The notes under the pieces are model-generated. The model had not been told where the DNA came from. It saw nothing but the letters and a program-made list of their open reading frames with translations, and ran no database searches. A DNA stretch of 64,000 nt from Myxococcales bacterium (lineage in GTDB: Bacteria > Myxococcota_A > UBA9042 > UBA3505), in the NCBI GenBank assembly GCA_963578775.1, contig CAUZEG010000002.1, forward strand, positions 9,423 through 73,422, given 5' to 3'. Shown here one piece after another: positions 1 to 10,098 of this stretch (its first letter is position 1; the number at the start of each line of letters is the position of its first letter). Position numbers and translations under genes: made by a program.

Positions 1-3000
1 CAGAAGGGCCAATACTGCTCGTAATCCGAGAAAGCATTGCGAACGATCTCGTAGGTGTCCGCACCCTCATCCCAGACATCGCAAGTCGGGCTGTAGCCAA
101 CCTGTTCATCCGAACAGAAGCGGTAGGGCACCATCGCACCATTATCCGTGCAGAAATCTCCATGGAAGTAATGCTCGCAATATTGTCCTTCGCCACAGAT
201 GCCGGCATCCGACGAGCAATCTTCGCCCGTGGCAAGCCCTTCCAGGCCCACGTTTTGACGGGACTGAATCTTCGAAGCATCACCCCCGAAAATCGACGGG
301 ATCTCGGTGTAATGGACTCTCCGGAACAGACGTTCCACGGGATCGCGATCTTGAAGGAATAAGGGGCTATTCGCCGGATCCATACTGGATGGATCGTTCA
401 TGTAATTCCAGACACCGGAGTAATCTGGAGCCTCTGTGAACTGCTCCACGACCTGTCCATAGGCATATTTGATGGCCGCACTGTCATAATGACCAACGCC
501 TTCAAATCGCGCGTTGAACTTGGCGCCGTAATCCATGACGGTCGAGCCTTGCATCTGGCGCATGCTATTGCCACCCTGGGCCAGGGTTTCGTCACCGAAG
601 GGACCACCAATCGGTGTCCATGTTCCACCCACGGTCTGGCCGCGAGCATCCCAGTATTCTGGGAAGTAGTTCATGGCGTCGGTCGACCCTTCAAAGTTGT
701 GACGTAGACCCAGCGTATGGCCTACTTCGTGTTCGGCTACGCCTTTGTAGATCTGGGCCCAGAGCTCTGCCTCAAAAGTATCGCGAAGCTCCTGAATACG
801 CTGCTTGATAGCCTCTTGGGTCTGGAAAACACGGTTGTCCTTCGTGGGCCACCAGAGGGCCTTGGGAAGATACACTGCGTTCGGGCTGGTAAGATCTACA
901 CGCCGAATCTCCTGTGCAAGAGAATCAATAACACTTCGAGTGCTGCAGTTCTCGGCATCGGCGGTCGCAGCTACCGGGAACTCACAGAAGCCTGTGCCGC
1001 CATTGCACTCAAGTCCGGCACCCGTACAATCCGCTTCTGTGGTGCAGCTTGGGAAGGCGCAGTAGTTGTTGTCGCCACAGGTCAGGCTACCGTCGACGGA
1101 ACCTGAAATGTACTTATAGCAGTCATCATCAACCTGGCAGGGACCAAGGGGGAGTTCGTTCACGAGCGTACATACCGCGTCGTCGTACTTGGTCTTATAC
1201 TCATTTGCCAGACCCAGGATGGCGCCGTCCGCAAACTCGGCCAGATACAGATTCTTCTCCATCTGTCCGCGGTAGTAATCCATCCGTTCGAGGTAACCAC
1301 CGTGATGCTTGAATGAAGCAAGGCTGTATTCCTTCTGCTCGTCCTCGGTAAGGGCCACACCGCTACCTACGCGTGGGTCCTTGAATAGAAGACGCAGATA
1401 ATCACCACCGATGATGGCTTCCAGTTCTGGAGCATCGTGGAGGCGGGCCAAACGCTGGCGTGCAAAGTCCTGGTCCGTCTGACTAGGACCGTTGACCTGC
1501 AATCGGAAACGGACATCATCCCCAAGCATACCGCTGGCAAGATCCTTAGCCTGGTCAAGCGTGTAGAAGGGGGGCTCTCCGTTGGACTTCAAACGCTTAA
1601 CCTGATTCGCCTCGCTTATAGCGTCTGCGTATTCCACCTCTCGCCAGTCTTTCACACCAGCAAGAAGCTCGATGGCGTCGATTGCTGTATGAGCGCCAAT
1701 CTTCATGGGCGCAACATAGTTGTAGGCTGCGGCCGAGATAATCTCTCCCGTAAGCGGATCCGCGGAGGAAGGTCCATATCCATACAGCCCGGCCTGAAGC
1801 GGCTCCGTTACAGCGTGAAGGAAATTGTAGCGAAGATCGCCGTTCTCATGGGCGCGTCCCATATCCTTGCAGTAGGTCTGGCAATAGCTTTCACTGGAAC
1901 CGGAATGGCATGCCTTGGTTCCGGTGGCAGCATTGGCCTCGGCATCGCTATTCTCGCAGAGGATGAACATGGGGAAGTCCCAGGTCTTTCCGGTACGAGT
2001 TTCTGCCACCTCATCGAATGGGGCAGCCCAATCCGCGGCAAGTTCGAGGCTCACCTGGACCAGAGCACGCGGGAAGTTCTTGTTCATATAGTACACGATG
2101 GGTCGGGGAGTCATCGCGTCGTAGTCGAGATTTCCATCCTCACCCACGATGTACTCTTCCCAGATGCGGTGACGATTCGCCTGGCGGCTGGCGCCGCTAT
2201 CAGTCAGCCCGTAGTTACAGTTGTAGGTATGGCGCTCCGTACGGAAATACCCGAACCGGTTCATATGCCGGTCATCATAACTGAGCGCAACATAGTCGGA
2301 CGCATGACCGTCAAGGGCCTTGTCCACGCGCAGCAGGGATGTGCGCATAGCGATCTGCTCACTGACGCACTCATACACACCGCCGGTATACCATGGATAG
2401 TACCAGCAGTAGGGGATCATGCCGAAGCCTGCATAATAGGTCGTGAGACCTTCAAGGACATGATGCGTCGTAAAGTCAATGTAGGCCACCGTATCGGCAT
2501 CATTGGATGCATTCCCAAAGGCATCCTCAATCCGGATACCCAGGCCATCGGCGCTCGATTCACCCTCATAAATGGTGAATGCTGCGTTACTGTTTACACC
2601 CGCGTTGTACGCAACCGGCACCTGGTTGGCCGAGAAATCAACGCGTATATAATCACGATCTGCCCAGTAGCGGTCGCTTGTGTTCTCACTTATGACATTC
2701 GTTTTCTCGCCGGTCGTGGCGTTGTATTCCTTCTGAATGTCAAAGTGGCTTGAAATCGACCAGGCCGCGACAGGAGCTCCTCGGTAGACAACCACCGGAA
2801 CGGTACGCTGCTCACCACAGACCTCGATAGTACGGGTGACGAGTTTCCGCAGCGAGGCAGCGTTGAGTCCAGACTTCAGCTGTGCTTCCGAAACGTCGGG
2901 ATTGCACCACTCAAGATCCTGGATAGTGATCTCCTCGTCCACGGACGAATCGAAGTTCCGGCATAAGGGGACATCCTTATCGGAACGGAAGCCAACAACA

Positions 3001-3284
3001 CCCGCATCTTCGGCGAACTCATAGGTCCGGTAGAAGTAGAGGGTATCTTCCTGGATCTCGAAGACCCCTCGCTCCATGGGATCCATCGCACCGATAAACG
3101 TATAGGCGCCCGTTGCGGGTGAATCGACAACCGTGCTTCGCAGGTACCACTCACCTTGTAAGAGGTCCTTTTGAATGGCGTTCGGCTGTACACGGTCAAT
3201 CTCGCCCATATCCTGTGCGCAACCCGCGAACAGAAGGAGAGTCAACAGAGTGAAAAGAAGTGAAATGGTGCGGATGGATTTCAT
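1..3284 (-). CDS. Giant secreted metzincin-type zinc metallopeptidase lipoprotein, paralog of the downstream 1777-aa protein. It is 5'-complete and 3'-truncated by the window edge, so it is not in the ORF track (no stop in window).
   Basis: Manual minus-strand translation from ATG at 3284 gives MKSIRTISLLFTLLTLLLFAGCAQD, a lipobox. That is followed by ...DLLQGEWYLRSTVVDSPATGAYTFIG..., alignable to the N-terminus of ORF 3352..8685. The same frame near 660-760 encodes EHEVGHTLGLRHNF (HEXXHXXGXXH) and ...GSTVMDYGAKF (Met-turn candidate). The frame stays open to position 1. Confidence 0.75.
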   Translation of the reverse strand, partial: MKSIRTISLLFTLLTLLLFAGCAQDMGEIDRVQPNAIQKDLLQGEWYLRSTVVDSPATGAYTFIGAMDPMERGVFEIQEDTLYFYRTYEFAEDAGVVGFRSDKDVPLCRNFDSSVDEEITIQDLEWCNPDVSEAQLKSGLNAASLRKLVTRTIEVCGEQRTVPVVVYRGAPVAAWSISSHFDIQKEYNATTGEKTNVISENTSDRYWADRDYIRVDFSANQVPVAYNAGVNSNAAFTIYEGESSADGLGIRIEDAFGNASNDADTVAYIDFTTHHVLEGLTTYYAGFGMIPYCWYYPWYTGGVYECVSEQIAMRTSLLRVDKALDGHASDYVALSYDDRHMNRFGYFRTERHTYNCNYGLTDSGASRQANRHRIWEEYIVGEDGNLDYDAMTPRPIVYYMNKNFPRALVQVSLELAADWAAPFDEVAETRTGKTWDFPMFILCENSDAEANAATGTKACHSGSSESYCQTYCKDMGRAHENGDLRYNFLHAVTEPLQAGLYGYGPSSADPLTGEIISAAAYNYVAPMKIGAHTAIDAIELLAGVKDWREVEYADAISEANQVKRLKSNGEPPFYTLDQAKDLASGMLGDDVRFRLQVNGPSQTDQDFARQRLARLHDAPELEAIIGGDYLRLLFKDPRVGSGVALTEDEQKEYSLASFKHHGGYLERMDYYRGQMEKNLYLAEFADGAILGLANEYKTKYDDAVCTLVNELPLGPCQVDDDCYKYISGSVDGSLTCGDNNYCAFPSCTTEADCTGAGLECNGGTGFCEFPVAATADAENCSTRSVIDSLAQEIRRVDLTSPNAVYLPKALWWPTKDNRVFQTQEAIKQRIQELRDTFEAELWAQIYKGVAEHEVGHTLGLRHNFEGSTDAMNYFPEYWDARGQTVGGTWTPIGGPFGDETLAQGGNSMRQMQGSTVMDYGAKFNARFEGVGHYDSAAIKYAYGQVVEQFTEAPDYSGVWNYMNDPSSMDPANSPLFLQDRDPVERLFRRVHYTEIPSIFGGDASKIQSRQNVGLEGLATGEDCSSDAGICGEGQYCEHYFHGDFCTDNGAMVPYRFCSDEQVGYSPTCDVWDEGADTYEIVRNAFSDYEQYWPF

Positions 3285-3351
3285 CGGTCCAACTCCAGCA
3301 AATGCGTAACGGGTGTTTTCAGAGATTCGTTGATTCATCATCATGGCCTCC

Positions 3352-6300
3352 TCAATACCCAACGGTTCCGTAGATTTCATTAAGAGAGCGGAGGATTTCA
3401 AGGCTCTCAATCAGTTCCTTGAGTTGGGCCTCCAACTTGAGCTTGGGCTCGCCAATTGCCGCCTCCCAGCTCGTCTTCAAAGCGTTCGCCTTTTCCAGCA
3501 TCCGGTAGGCGACCTCAAATGGGGCGCGTTCACCGTACTCATTGGCGTACAGATAGTTGTTGCTCAAGGCCGCGTAGGTCTTTTGCCCAAACGGATCGTC
3601 GAACGTGATCTTATTTACACCGGGGTTCGAATCGAATTGGGAACCATTACCCTCGTAGGTGATGGCCATCGCGTCCGTAAAGGTCGGGTCGAATCCCGCT
3701 GGCAGGTAGGACAGGCCGTACACTGCTGCAAAGAGCTTGAACGAGAAGTCATCGATAGAGGGAGCAACAACCGGTCCAAGAGAATGGCTCTCTTCAAGGG
3801 CTTCTTCATGGCTCGAACCACCGATAACCGGCCGTGGCACGAACACCCCGTCCTGTTCCGCACCGGCGAATAACTCATACTCATCCGCGACGATACCACC
3901 CAGAACATTGGTCAACTCGATCTGGTAAAGGGTGTTGAAACCAATGGACGTTGCACCACGAACACCGAGTTCAGACACGAAGTCAGAGGTGAAGTAGGCG
4001 GTAGAGTCCGTAAGGGTAAGAAGCGACGCAACTTTTTCCCAGAAACTCCCGATCCATACCGCTTGCGTGAAGTCGTAATATCCACCGCTGGTATTGAACT
4101 GGGTGTAGGGGAACTTCCCTAATCCGACCGGAATATCAAGCTCACTACCCGGTTCGCCGGTGTCGAAGCTGAAGTTCTCATAGGTCCCAGTGTCATTATT
4201 ATATTGGTATGACCCCGGTGATGGACTGGAGATCAGTTCCGTCAGGTACTGGAAGGCGACTTCTGACGTCACACGTAACGTACGACCATCGTACGGTGCA
4301 TCTTTCCAGTTCGCGAACCAGAGGTAGTCCTTAAAGATGTGGTAATACAGGGCATAGTACTGACCGGCATGCCCAAGCTGAGTCATATAGCGGTCGAGAA
4401 TGCGGGAGAAATAGTAGCTGGCGCTGCCGTACCGACCAAATCCGTAACGCTCACGTTTGAAAGCGTCAAAGATGTAGTAGTACTGCAGGCTATTCATTGA
4501 GTGATAGCTCATCTCGCCGATATCCACCCCAGTGTCGAAGTAATAGCAACCCAGATTGCCACGGTACTCGTCGTAGCAGGCCCGGTACGGCACCTCGATA
4601 TAGGTGAAATCCAACTCATCACGGATGTAGTTACTGGCCATCTGGTGTTCATAGGTGACCTGTTCCCAGGGAACCGTCACTCGCGACAGATTCTCCTTCA
4701 CTCCGATAAAGTTCTCGAGATGACCAAATCCACTGCTGGTCGTACCCGCGTAACGCCACCAGGATGTGTCCTTTACGTACGCAAAGACATTCGGAGGATA
4801 GTTGTAGTAATCCGCTGCGTTCTCGACGTATTTCTCGAGTTGACTCGTGTCATGATAGACTTCGATCATCTCGCCATAGCCGGCCTTGATCGCCGCTCGG
4901 TCATATTTACCGAGGCCATGAATATCCGAGTTGAAACGGCCACCGTAGTCCATAACCGTGCTGTACTGATATTCCGTTCGGCGGGCGTCTCGCTCGCCTT
5001 CCGTCATATAGGACCGTGGTGCAAACTTTTTGATCGGCTCAATCACCGTTTCTGTATAGGCGGCAACAACGATGTTCCCATCGCTATCACTGCACGCAGA
5101 CTCGGTGCAGTATTCGCCCTCGCCACAATCGCCTGTCTGCGTACACGAGCGGGTCGTACCACATTGATTCGTGGCCGTATCGCAAGTAAGCCCAGCCACA
5201 CAGGAGCCATCACTTGCACAAGGGACCTCGTAATCGATAGGTCCTTCACAATAGCCCGTCTTTGTGTCTGTCACGTCGACACAGAAGCTTCCAGCGGAAC
5301 CTTCCGGGTCACCACAGCTAAGACCACTACTGCAGTCAGAGTCATTGATACATTGAACAAAGGAACAGGTTTCAGACCAACCCGGTGTTTCGCACCAGTT
5401 GTCGTTTTGGCATAACACGAGCTCCTTCTCACGAATATCGAAGTACTCATCCTTGAAGTTGAATATATCGTTGGATCCCGAGAAGTTGTGTCGTAACCCT
5501 ATCGTATGCCCAACTTCATGCTCAATGACGCCGCCATAGATATGTTGTTCAAGGGCAACGCGGAGGTCTTCACCTGACAGTCCTTGATCATCTTTGAGGG
5601 CCTTCGCCAGACCATAGATGGAGTCATCGATGAAATCGGCCATAAACAGGCAGGTGTTGTTCTTCGCGTTCGTCAACATGCGCATACGCTCATGCTCAGC
5701 CTTTACTGCACTCTGAGTACCCCAGGTAAGCGGGCTCACCTTTTTCAGGGCCTCTGCGTCCAACGCGGCGCCTGGCTCCAGCTGACCGCCAGACAATGCA
5801 ACCACAATCTCGTTGTTGATCATCATCTGTTCAATCTTCGTACCCTTGATGCGATTGAAACGGGCCTCCAGTTGCTCCTGTGTCGGGAAACCGCCCAACA
5901 CTTCACCGAGAAGTTGTTTCCGGTATTCCTCATCGGAATGGAAGCGCCACAGTTCTGGTGCCTCATGGGGCATCATCATCCGCATGGGTGCGGCCGGCTG
6001 CCTGCTGGTCAATGCCATTACCGCCGGGCTCGAAGCCGGTAACTTGTCCGTTGGACGCGTTGCTGGAGTAAATTCGCCTGGCATCTGAAGCCCGGCATGC
6101 ATGGTACCAATCTCGTTTTCCTCAAGGCTCTTCAGGAAATCCTTAACGTACTTACCCGAGATGGTGTCGTCGACAGATAGATCTCCATGAACCAGGTCCA
6201 TAAGATCGCGAGCCCACTGGCTATAGGTACGAAGTGGTGCACCATAGATATTCGCCGCTGCAAAATACAGCTCACCGGTCTGCGGATCCGCCGCCGACGG

Positions 6301-8685
6301 ACCATAACCGAGGGGGCTCGACATATGCGCTTCGTGAATATAGTACACGAGATTATAGCGAGCATCGCCGATCTTCTTCCGGCTATTCGGGTTGGCCGGG
6401 TCATCACCACAAGCATTGTGCGAATCACCGACGTCATCGGTCCAGGTGTACCGACAGTCATCGTACAGACCCCAGCTACAGTTCTTGTTGGAGTTAAAGG
6501 CCGCTTTATCGGCATCGGACCAGGAGTCCACATTACTACCATTATTCTTGTCGACCAGCTCATAGCCCGCATCGGTCCAATAGCCGGTAAACTGATTCCG
6601 GCAAAGCACGTAGGCCGGAGGAATGGAGTCCTTGATCGCCTCAACCTCGGCTAGATCTGCGGCCGTGATCTCGGGCATGGAACCCACGCAACGACCAAGG
6701 CCACCGGAATGGAAGCAGGTCACATCCTGGCGACCATTTCCATCCACCAACTTCACAGAATGCATACCGTTATAGCCGGCGTTGATGAATCCTGAGTCCT
6801 GGCCAAGGGCGAGTGCGTCCGAACGTCGGCTACCATTGATAACCACGTTCTGCGAACTATGGTCCGTCAACATATTCACGACACGAATTCCCTGATCTCC
6901 AGCAAGACCATCAGGCCCGGTCAAAAGGCTTGATTGGGCTTTCGCCAGAACACCACCACCATATACGAAGAGGTAGATGTTCGAAGTTTCAAAGACCACA
7001 TTGGTAAGCTCGGCACCGTCACCACCCTCCACGTGGGCCGAGATGGTGAACTTACCGGTATCGAATACCGCGTAATCCTCGTAGTTATTGCTGGGGTCAA
7101 ACTCTACACCAGCCGCAGCATCAATCCCGCCGATCTTGAAATCGACAGAAGACGTATTTGGATCCGCGTTCACGAAGCGAACCAGTGATTTGCCCGCGTG
7201 AACGTTGGATGGGGGATACTTGGCATCGTTGGTTACGATGGATTTCACACTATCACCGTCATTATAGACGATGACGGTACGGCCCTTGGGCTGCGGAACA
7301 TCCAGATCTACGACCTGGGCAAATGTCGCAATATCAGTACTACAGTCGGCGTCGGTGTCACAGAATCGTGTCAGCAACATACCGCCGCTCTCGGAATCCC
7401 GACGGTCCCAGTACAGCATCCAGGCGATGGTATCACTGAAGATATCATTCCATCCGTCCGCCATCTCGTAGGTCTCGTCCATCAGATACTCGGGGAAGTC
7501 TGCCGATAAATGGTAGATGATGGGTTTCACACCTCGACCTTCGTCAAAGCGTTGGCTCGGACGCTTCAGTCGACGACGCTTACATTCCCCACCTACAAAC
7601 CACTCTTCCTGGTAGCAGAACTGCTGCGCGTCGGTGTCGCAATCGGAGTCAACGTAACAGTCCGAAGCACCTTCAACGTCTTCAAAATTCCAGACCTGAC
7701 GCCAGAGATTCCAGCGATTGATCTTCTGGTCACGACCCGCATAGGTAAGCCCCGAATTCTCGGAGTAGGTGTACCGCTCGGTCATGAAAAAACCAAACTT
7801 CTCCTGATGGAAGGAGTTGTGCCATAGCTTCGCGTTATAGGTCGGAACTGGATCCACGCGCTTAAAGCTATAACGGGCCTTCACCACGCCACCGGCGCAG
7901 TCACCCGACGCCAGGGTATAGACACTGCAATAGCCGGAGGACTGGGGCTCCGCGAAGAACTTGACCACAAAGCTGATATAGTCCTCGGTTATCTCTGGCC
8001 GGTCCGGATTGTCCTCACCCTCTACTTCCTGGACAAAGTAGGGCACGCTATTTGTGGGCATACGACCAACTACGAACTCGAAGTCGTTGATCGCATTTTC
8101 GGACCAGTCCACTCGCATGGACTCCCGCTGATACCAGGGAACGTCGACTGAGTTTTCTTCAATCACATTGGACTGTTCACCCGTCTGCGCATTGTATTTT
8201 CGCTTTACATCGAAGTGCTTTTCGATCGTGAAGGCCACAATCGGCTGACCCACAAACATCTCCATGAAGTCGTTGTCGGGATTGCTATCCGTCATAGCCT
8301 TACGGTCCCAATATCTCCGAATCTGGCGTTTGTGGTAGTCCTTTTCCGCACCCTCAAGCGTCTCCGTAACCGGATACGCTACAAGGTGGTTTTCCTGCAC
8401 ATCCCATACGATCTTTGGGTTTGCACCAAAGGACATCTCACCAACGAAGGTAAAGGCTACGCCATAGGGTACCTCGGTAATGGTACGAACCATGTACCAC
8501 ATACCCTGGAGGTCCTTTTTGTTCACGATATTCGGTTGCGACCGATCAATATCACCAACATCTTCGGTGCAGCCAAATCCACCCGCTAGGCAGACAACAA
8601 GGATAAGAAAAAACGAACGAATTTTCTGAAGACTATTGTGGAACATTCCGTTCTCCTGATTTCCCGGTTTGGGATTCGAGTTCAA
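3352..8685 (-). CDS. Giant (1777 aa) secreted metzincin-type zinc metallopeptidase lipoprotein with a Cys-rich module inserted in the catalytic domain.
   Basis: ORF track. N-terminal lipobox LAGGFGC. HEVGHTIGLRHNF (HEXXHXXGXXH) encoded near 5477-5513. STVMDYGG (Met-turn candidate) near 4945-4968. Dense CxxxxC repeats lie between them. A paralog sits immediately downstream. Confidence 0.8.
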   Translation of the reverse strand: MNSNPKPGNQENGMFHNSLQKIRSFFLILVVCLAGGFGCTEDVGDIDRSQPNIVNKKDLQGMWYMVRTITEVPYGVAFTFVGEMSFGANPKIVWDVQENHLVAYPVTETLEGAEKDYHKRQIRRYWDRKAMTDSNPDNDFMEMFVGQPIVAFTIEKHFDVKRKYNAQTGEQSNVIEENSVDVPWYQRESMRVDWSENAINDFEFVVGRMPTNSVPYFVQEVEGEDNPDRPEITEDYISFVVKFFAEPQSSGYCSVYTLASGDCAGGVVKARYSFKRVDPVPTYNAKLWHNSFHQEKFGFFMTERYTYSENSGLTYAGRDQKINRWNLWRQVWNFEDVEGASDCYVDSDCDTDAQQFCYQEEWFVGGECKRRRLKRPSQRFDEGRGVKPIIYHLSADFPEYLMDETYEMADGWNDIFSDTIAWMLYWDRRDSESGGMLLTRFCDTDADCSTDIATFAQVVDLDVPQPKGRTVIVYNDGDSVKSIVTNDAKYPPSNVHAGKSLVRFVNADPNTSSVDFKIGGIDAAAGVEFDPSNNYEDYAVFDTGKFTISAHVEGGDGAELTNVVFETSNIYLFVYGGGVLAKAQSSLLTGPDGLAGDQGIRVVNMLTDHSSQNVVINGSRRSDALALGQDSGFINAGYNGMHSVKLVDGNGRQDVTCFHSGGLGRCVGSMPEITAADLAEVEAIKDSIPPAYVLCRNQFTGYWTDAGYELVDKNNGSNVDSWSDADKAAFNSNKNCSWGLYDDCRYTWTDDVGDSHNACGDDPANPNSRKKIGDARYNLVYYIHEAHMSSPLGYGPSAADPQTGELYFAAANIYGAPLRTYSQWARDLMDLVHGDLSVDDTISGKYVKDFLKSLEENEIGTMHAGLQMPGEFTPATRPTDKLPASSPAVMALTSRQPAAPMRMMMPHEAPELWRFHSDEEYRKQLLGEVLGGFPTQEQLEARFNRIKGTKIEQMMINNEIVVALSGGQLEPGAALDAEALKKVSPLTWGTQSAVKAEHERMRMLTNAKNNTCLFMADFIDDSIYGLAKALKDDQGLSGEDLRVALEQHIYGGVIEHEVGHTIGLRHNFSGSNDIFNFKDEYFDIREKELVLCQNDNWCETPGWSETCSFVQCINDSDCSSGLSCGDPEGSAGSFCVDVTDTKTGYCEGPIDYEVPCASDGSCVAGLTCDTATNQCGTTRSCTQTGDCGEGEYCTESACSDSDGNIVVAAYTETVIEPIKKFAPRSYMTEGERDARRTEYQYSTVMDYGGRFNSDIHGLGKYDRAAIKAGYGEMIEVYHDTSQLEKYVENAADYYNYPPNVFAYVKDTSWWRYAGTTSSGFGHLENFIGVKENLSRVTVPWEQVTYEHQMASNYIRDELDFTYIEVPYRACYDEYRGNLGCYYFDTGVDIGEMSYHSMNSLQYYYIFDAFKRERYGFGRYGSASYYFSRILDRYMTQLGHAGQYYALYYHIFKDYLWFANWKDAPYDGRTLRVTSEVAFQYLTELISSPSPGSYQYNNDTGTYENFSFDTGEPGSELDIPVGLGKFPYTQFNTSGGYYDFTQAVWIGSFWEKVASLLTLTDSTAYFTSDFVSELGVRGATSIGFNTLYQIELTNVLGGIVADEYELFAGAEQDGVFVPRPVIGGSSHEEALEESHSLGPVVAPSIDDFSFKLFAAVYGLSYLPAGFDPTFTDAMAITYEGNGSQFDSNPGVNKITFDDPFGQKTYAALSNNYLYANEYGERAPFEVAYRMLEKANALKTSWEAAIGEPKLKLEAQLKELIESLEILRSLNEIYGTVGY

Positions 8686-8725
8686 ATATTGTCGACATCT
8701 CGTCCAGACGAGATCATCTTGCGTT

Positions 8726-9736
8726 CTAATAGGTTCCCGTAAGGGCTAGATAGAATGTGGTTCGATTCGAGTTCGGTGAAATGAAGTCGAAAAACGGGAA
8801 CCGAATCGAGCTGTTGTCGGATGTAAGCGGCGACTGTCCCGTCGAAGCACCAAACGACATCAGAAGTTCTTTTTTGGGTGTCTGCCATGACAAATCGATT
8901 GTCGATTGCGTCAGATCACGAACACCACGGCCAGTGTCACCATTTTCAGGGGTCAGCCCATCGTCGTTCTCCGCCGAATATGTGAAGTACTTCACGAAGA
9001 CATAGTCAAAGGTGAGATAGAGCTTCGACGGCAACGTAAACATTACGGTGCCACGATTCAGCCATGAAAACTCAACATTTCGACCGCCTATCGCAATAAC
9101 TCCACCAAGATCTTCATTTCCCTGGTCACGTGCAAAGGCGACTCCAAGATCGGCATCAACCGTGGGACTGGTATACCGATTGAAGTTCTTTCCTGCCCGC
9201 GTTTCGTAAAAGAACATGGCCTTTTTATAGGTGTATCTAAACTTCCCGCCCACTCGAATCACAGCCAGGCGATTCGCGTACCGTGATGCCAGAGACGTCC
9301 CCACAACCCCGGAGACATACGGTGTAAGGGAAACCCCCAGGGATGGGAACTTGTACATATTATTATGCACATAACCCAACTCCAGATCGCCGAGCATTAT
9401 CTGGTTTGGCGTCGTGGTTGAGCTCTCGTAATTCTGGACCAGCTCCTGGCTGACCGAGAATTTCAGATAGGCTTGACGTTTGTCGCCTTCAATGCGCCAG
9501 AACGGGTTCACCGATACGGCCACCAGGTCGTACGCGCGTTGATCCGATCCAGCTACGAAGGTGCCGAGGCCAAGCGTATTACTGAGGGCAACTCGCCCCC
9601 CGAACTTGGACTTGGCCTTATCATCCTTGGACTTTTCCTGTTCGTCTAAAACAGCGCTCTGACCCAGAGCTACCTGCGACGCCAGGGGCGCAACCACCAG
9701 AGAAAAAACAAACACCAGTCGTACAAAGTTCTTCAA
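8726..9736 (-). CDS. Outer-membrane beta-barrel protein (hypothetical), first gene of the OMP-metzincin cluster.
   Basis: Signal peptide MKNFVRLVFVFSLVVAPLASQVALGQS. Alternating beta-strand-like sequence. C-terminal ...LALTGTY with a terminal aromatic. 40 nt upstream of the metzincin gene on the same strand. Confidence 0.5.
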   Translation of the reverse strand: MKNFVRLVFVFSLVVAPLASQVALGQSAVLDEQEKSKDDKAKSKFGGRVALSNTLGLGTFVAGSDQRAYDLVAVSVNPFWRIEGDKRQAYLKFSVSQELVQNYESSTTTPNQIMLGDLELGYVHNNMYKFPSLGVSLTPYVSGVVGTSLASRYANRLAVIRVGGKFRYTYKKAMFFYETRAGKNFNRYTSPTVDADLGVAFARDQGNEDLGGVIAIGGRNVEFSWLNRGTVMFTLPSKLYLTFDYVFVKYFTYSAENDDGLTPENGDTGRGVRDLTQSTIDLSWQTPKKELLMSFGASTGQSPLTSDNSSIRFPFFDFISPNSNRTTFYLALTGTY

Positions 9737-10098
9737 AACAAGCTCCCAGAACAGCTAACGTTTTTGAGAATCGAGAGACAGACGGACAAGCGCACTCTGC
9801 ACTCGCTATATACTCGGGGGAGCGGGAGTTGTACTGTTTCGCCCTTCCGCATGTCAACCGTTCTCGTGCTCGATGTTGTAATACAGGCTTCCCTCGGGTC
9901 GAGGGGTGAATCCTTCGACCCGGCAACCCAGCGCGAGACTCTACGATTCACCCGCTACATTCGCAAAGGTCATGCCAAAACACAGGCACCAGGGAAAAAC
10001 GTGTAAACCACTGAAAACACATGTCTTTACCAGATGTGCCAGACCGGGCTTATGTGTGCAGAATGTCTACAGTGTTCGTTTTTGCACGCCTGGCCGAC
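9737..10098. promoter_or_regulatory. Intergenic region. Likely promoter of the OMP-metzincin cluster and 3' end of mpl. Contains an 8-bp inverted repeat, cgggtcga...tcgacccg.
   Basis: 362-bp non-coding gap upstream of the minus-strand OMP gene. The inverted repeat is near 9893-9930. No functional assay is possible here. Confidence 0.25.

Noticed and set aside
1437-2753. 438-aa plus-strand ORF in the track.
   Set aside because: It lies entirely inside the minus-strand metzincin paralog, whose frame encodes a lipobox, HEXXH and MDYG. High-GC DNA yields long antisense shadow ORFs, and the translated product has no recognisable features.
4501-5415. 304-aa plus-strand ORF, plus other nested ORFs inside 3352..8685 (for example 5584..6042, 6132..6644 and 7510..7827).
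   Set aside because: These are shadow ORFs within the 1777-aa metzincin gene. The minus-strand frame is the coherent one, with a signal peptide and catalytic motifs.
9893-9930. Inverted repeat cgggtcga-(12 nt)-tcgacccg downstream of mpl, considered as a terminator.
   Set aside because: No U-run follows on the mpl (minus) transcript. It is kept only as a low-confidence note inside the intergenic regulatory feature.
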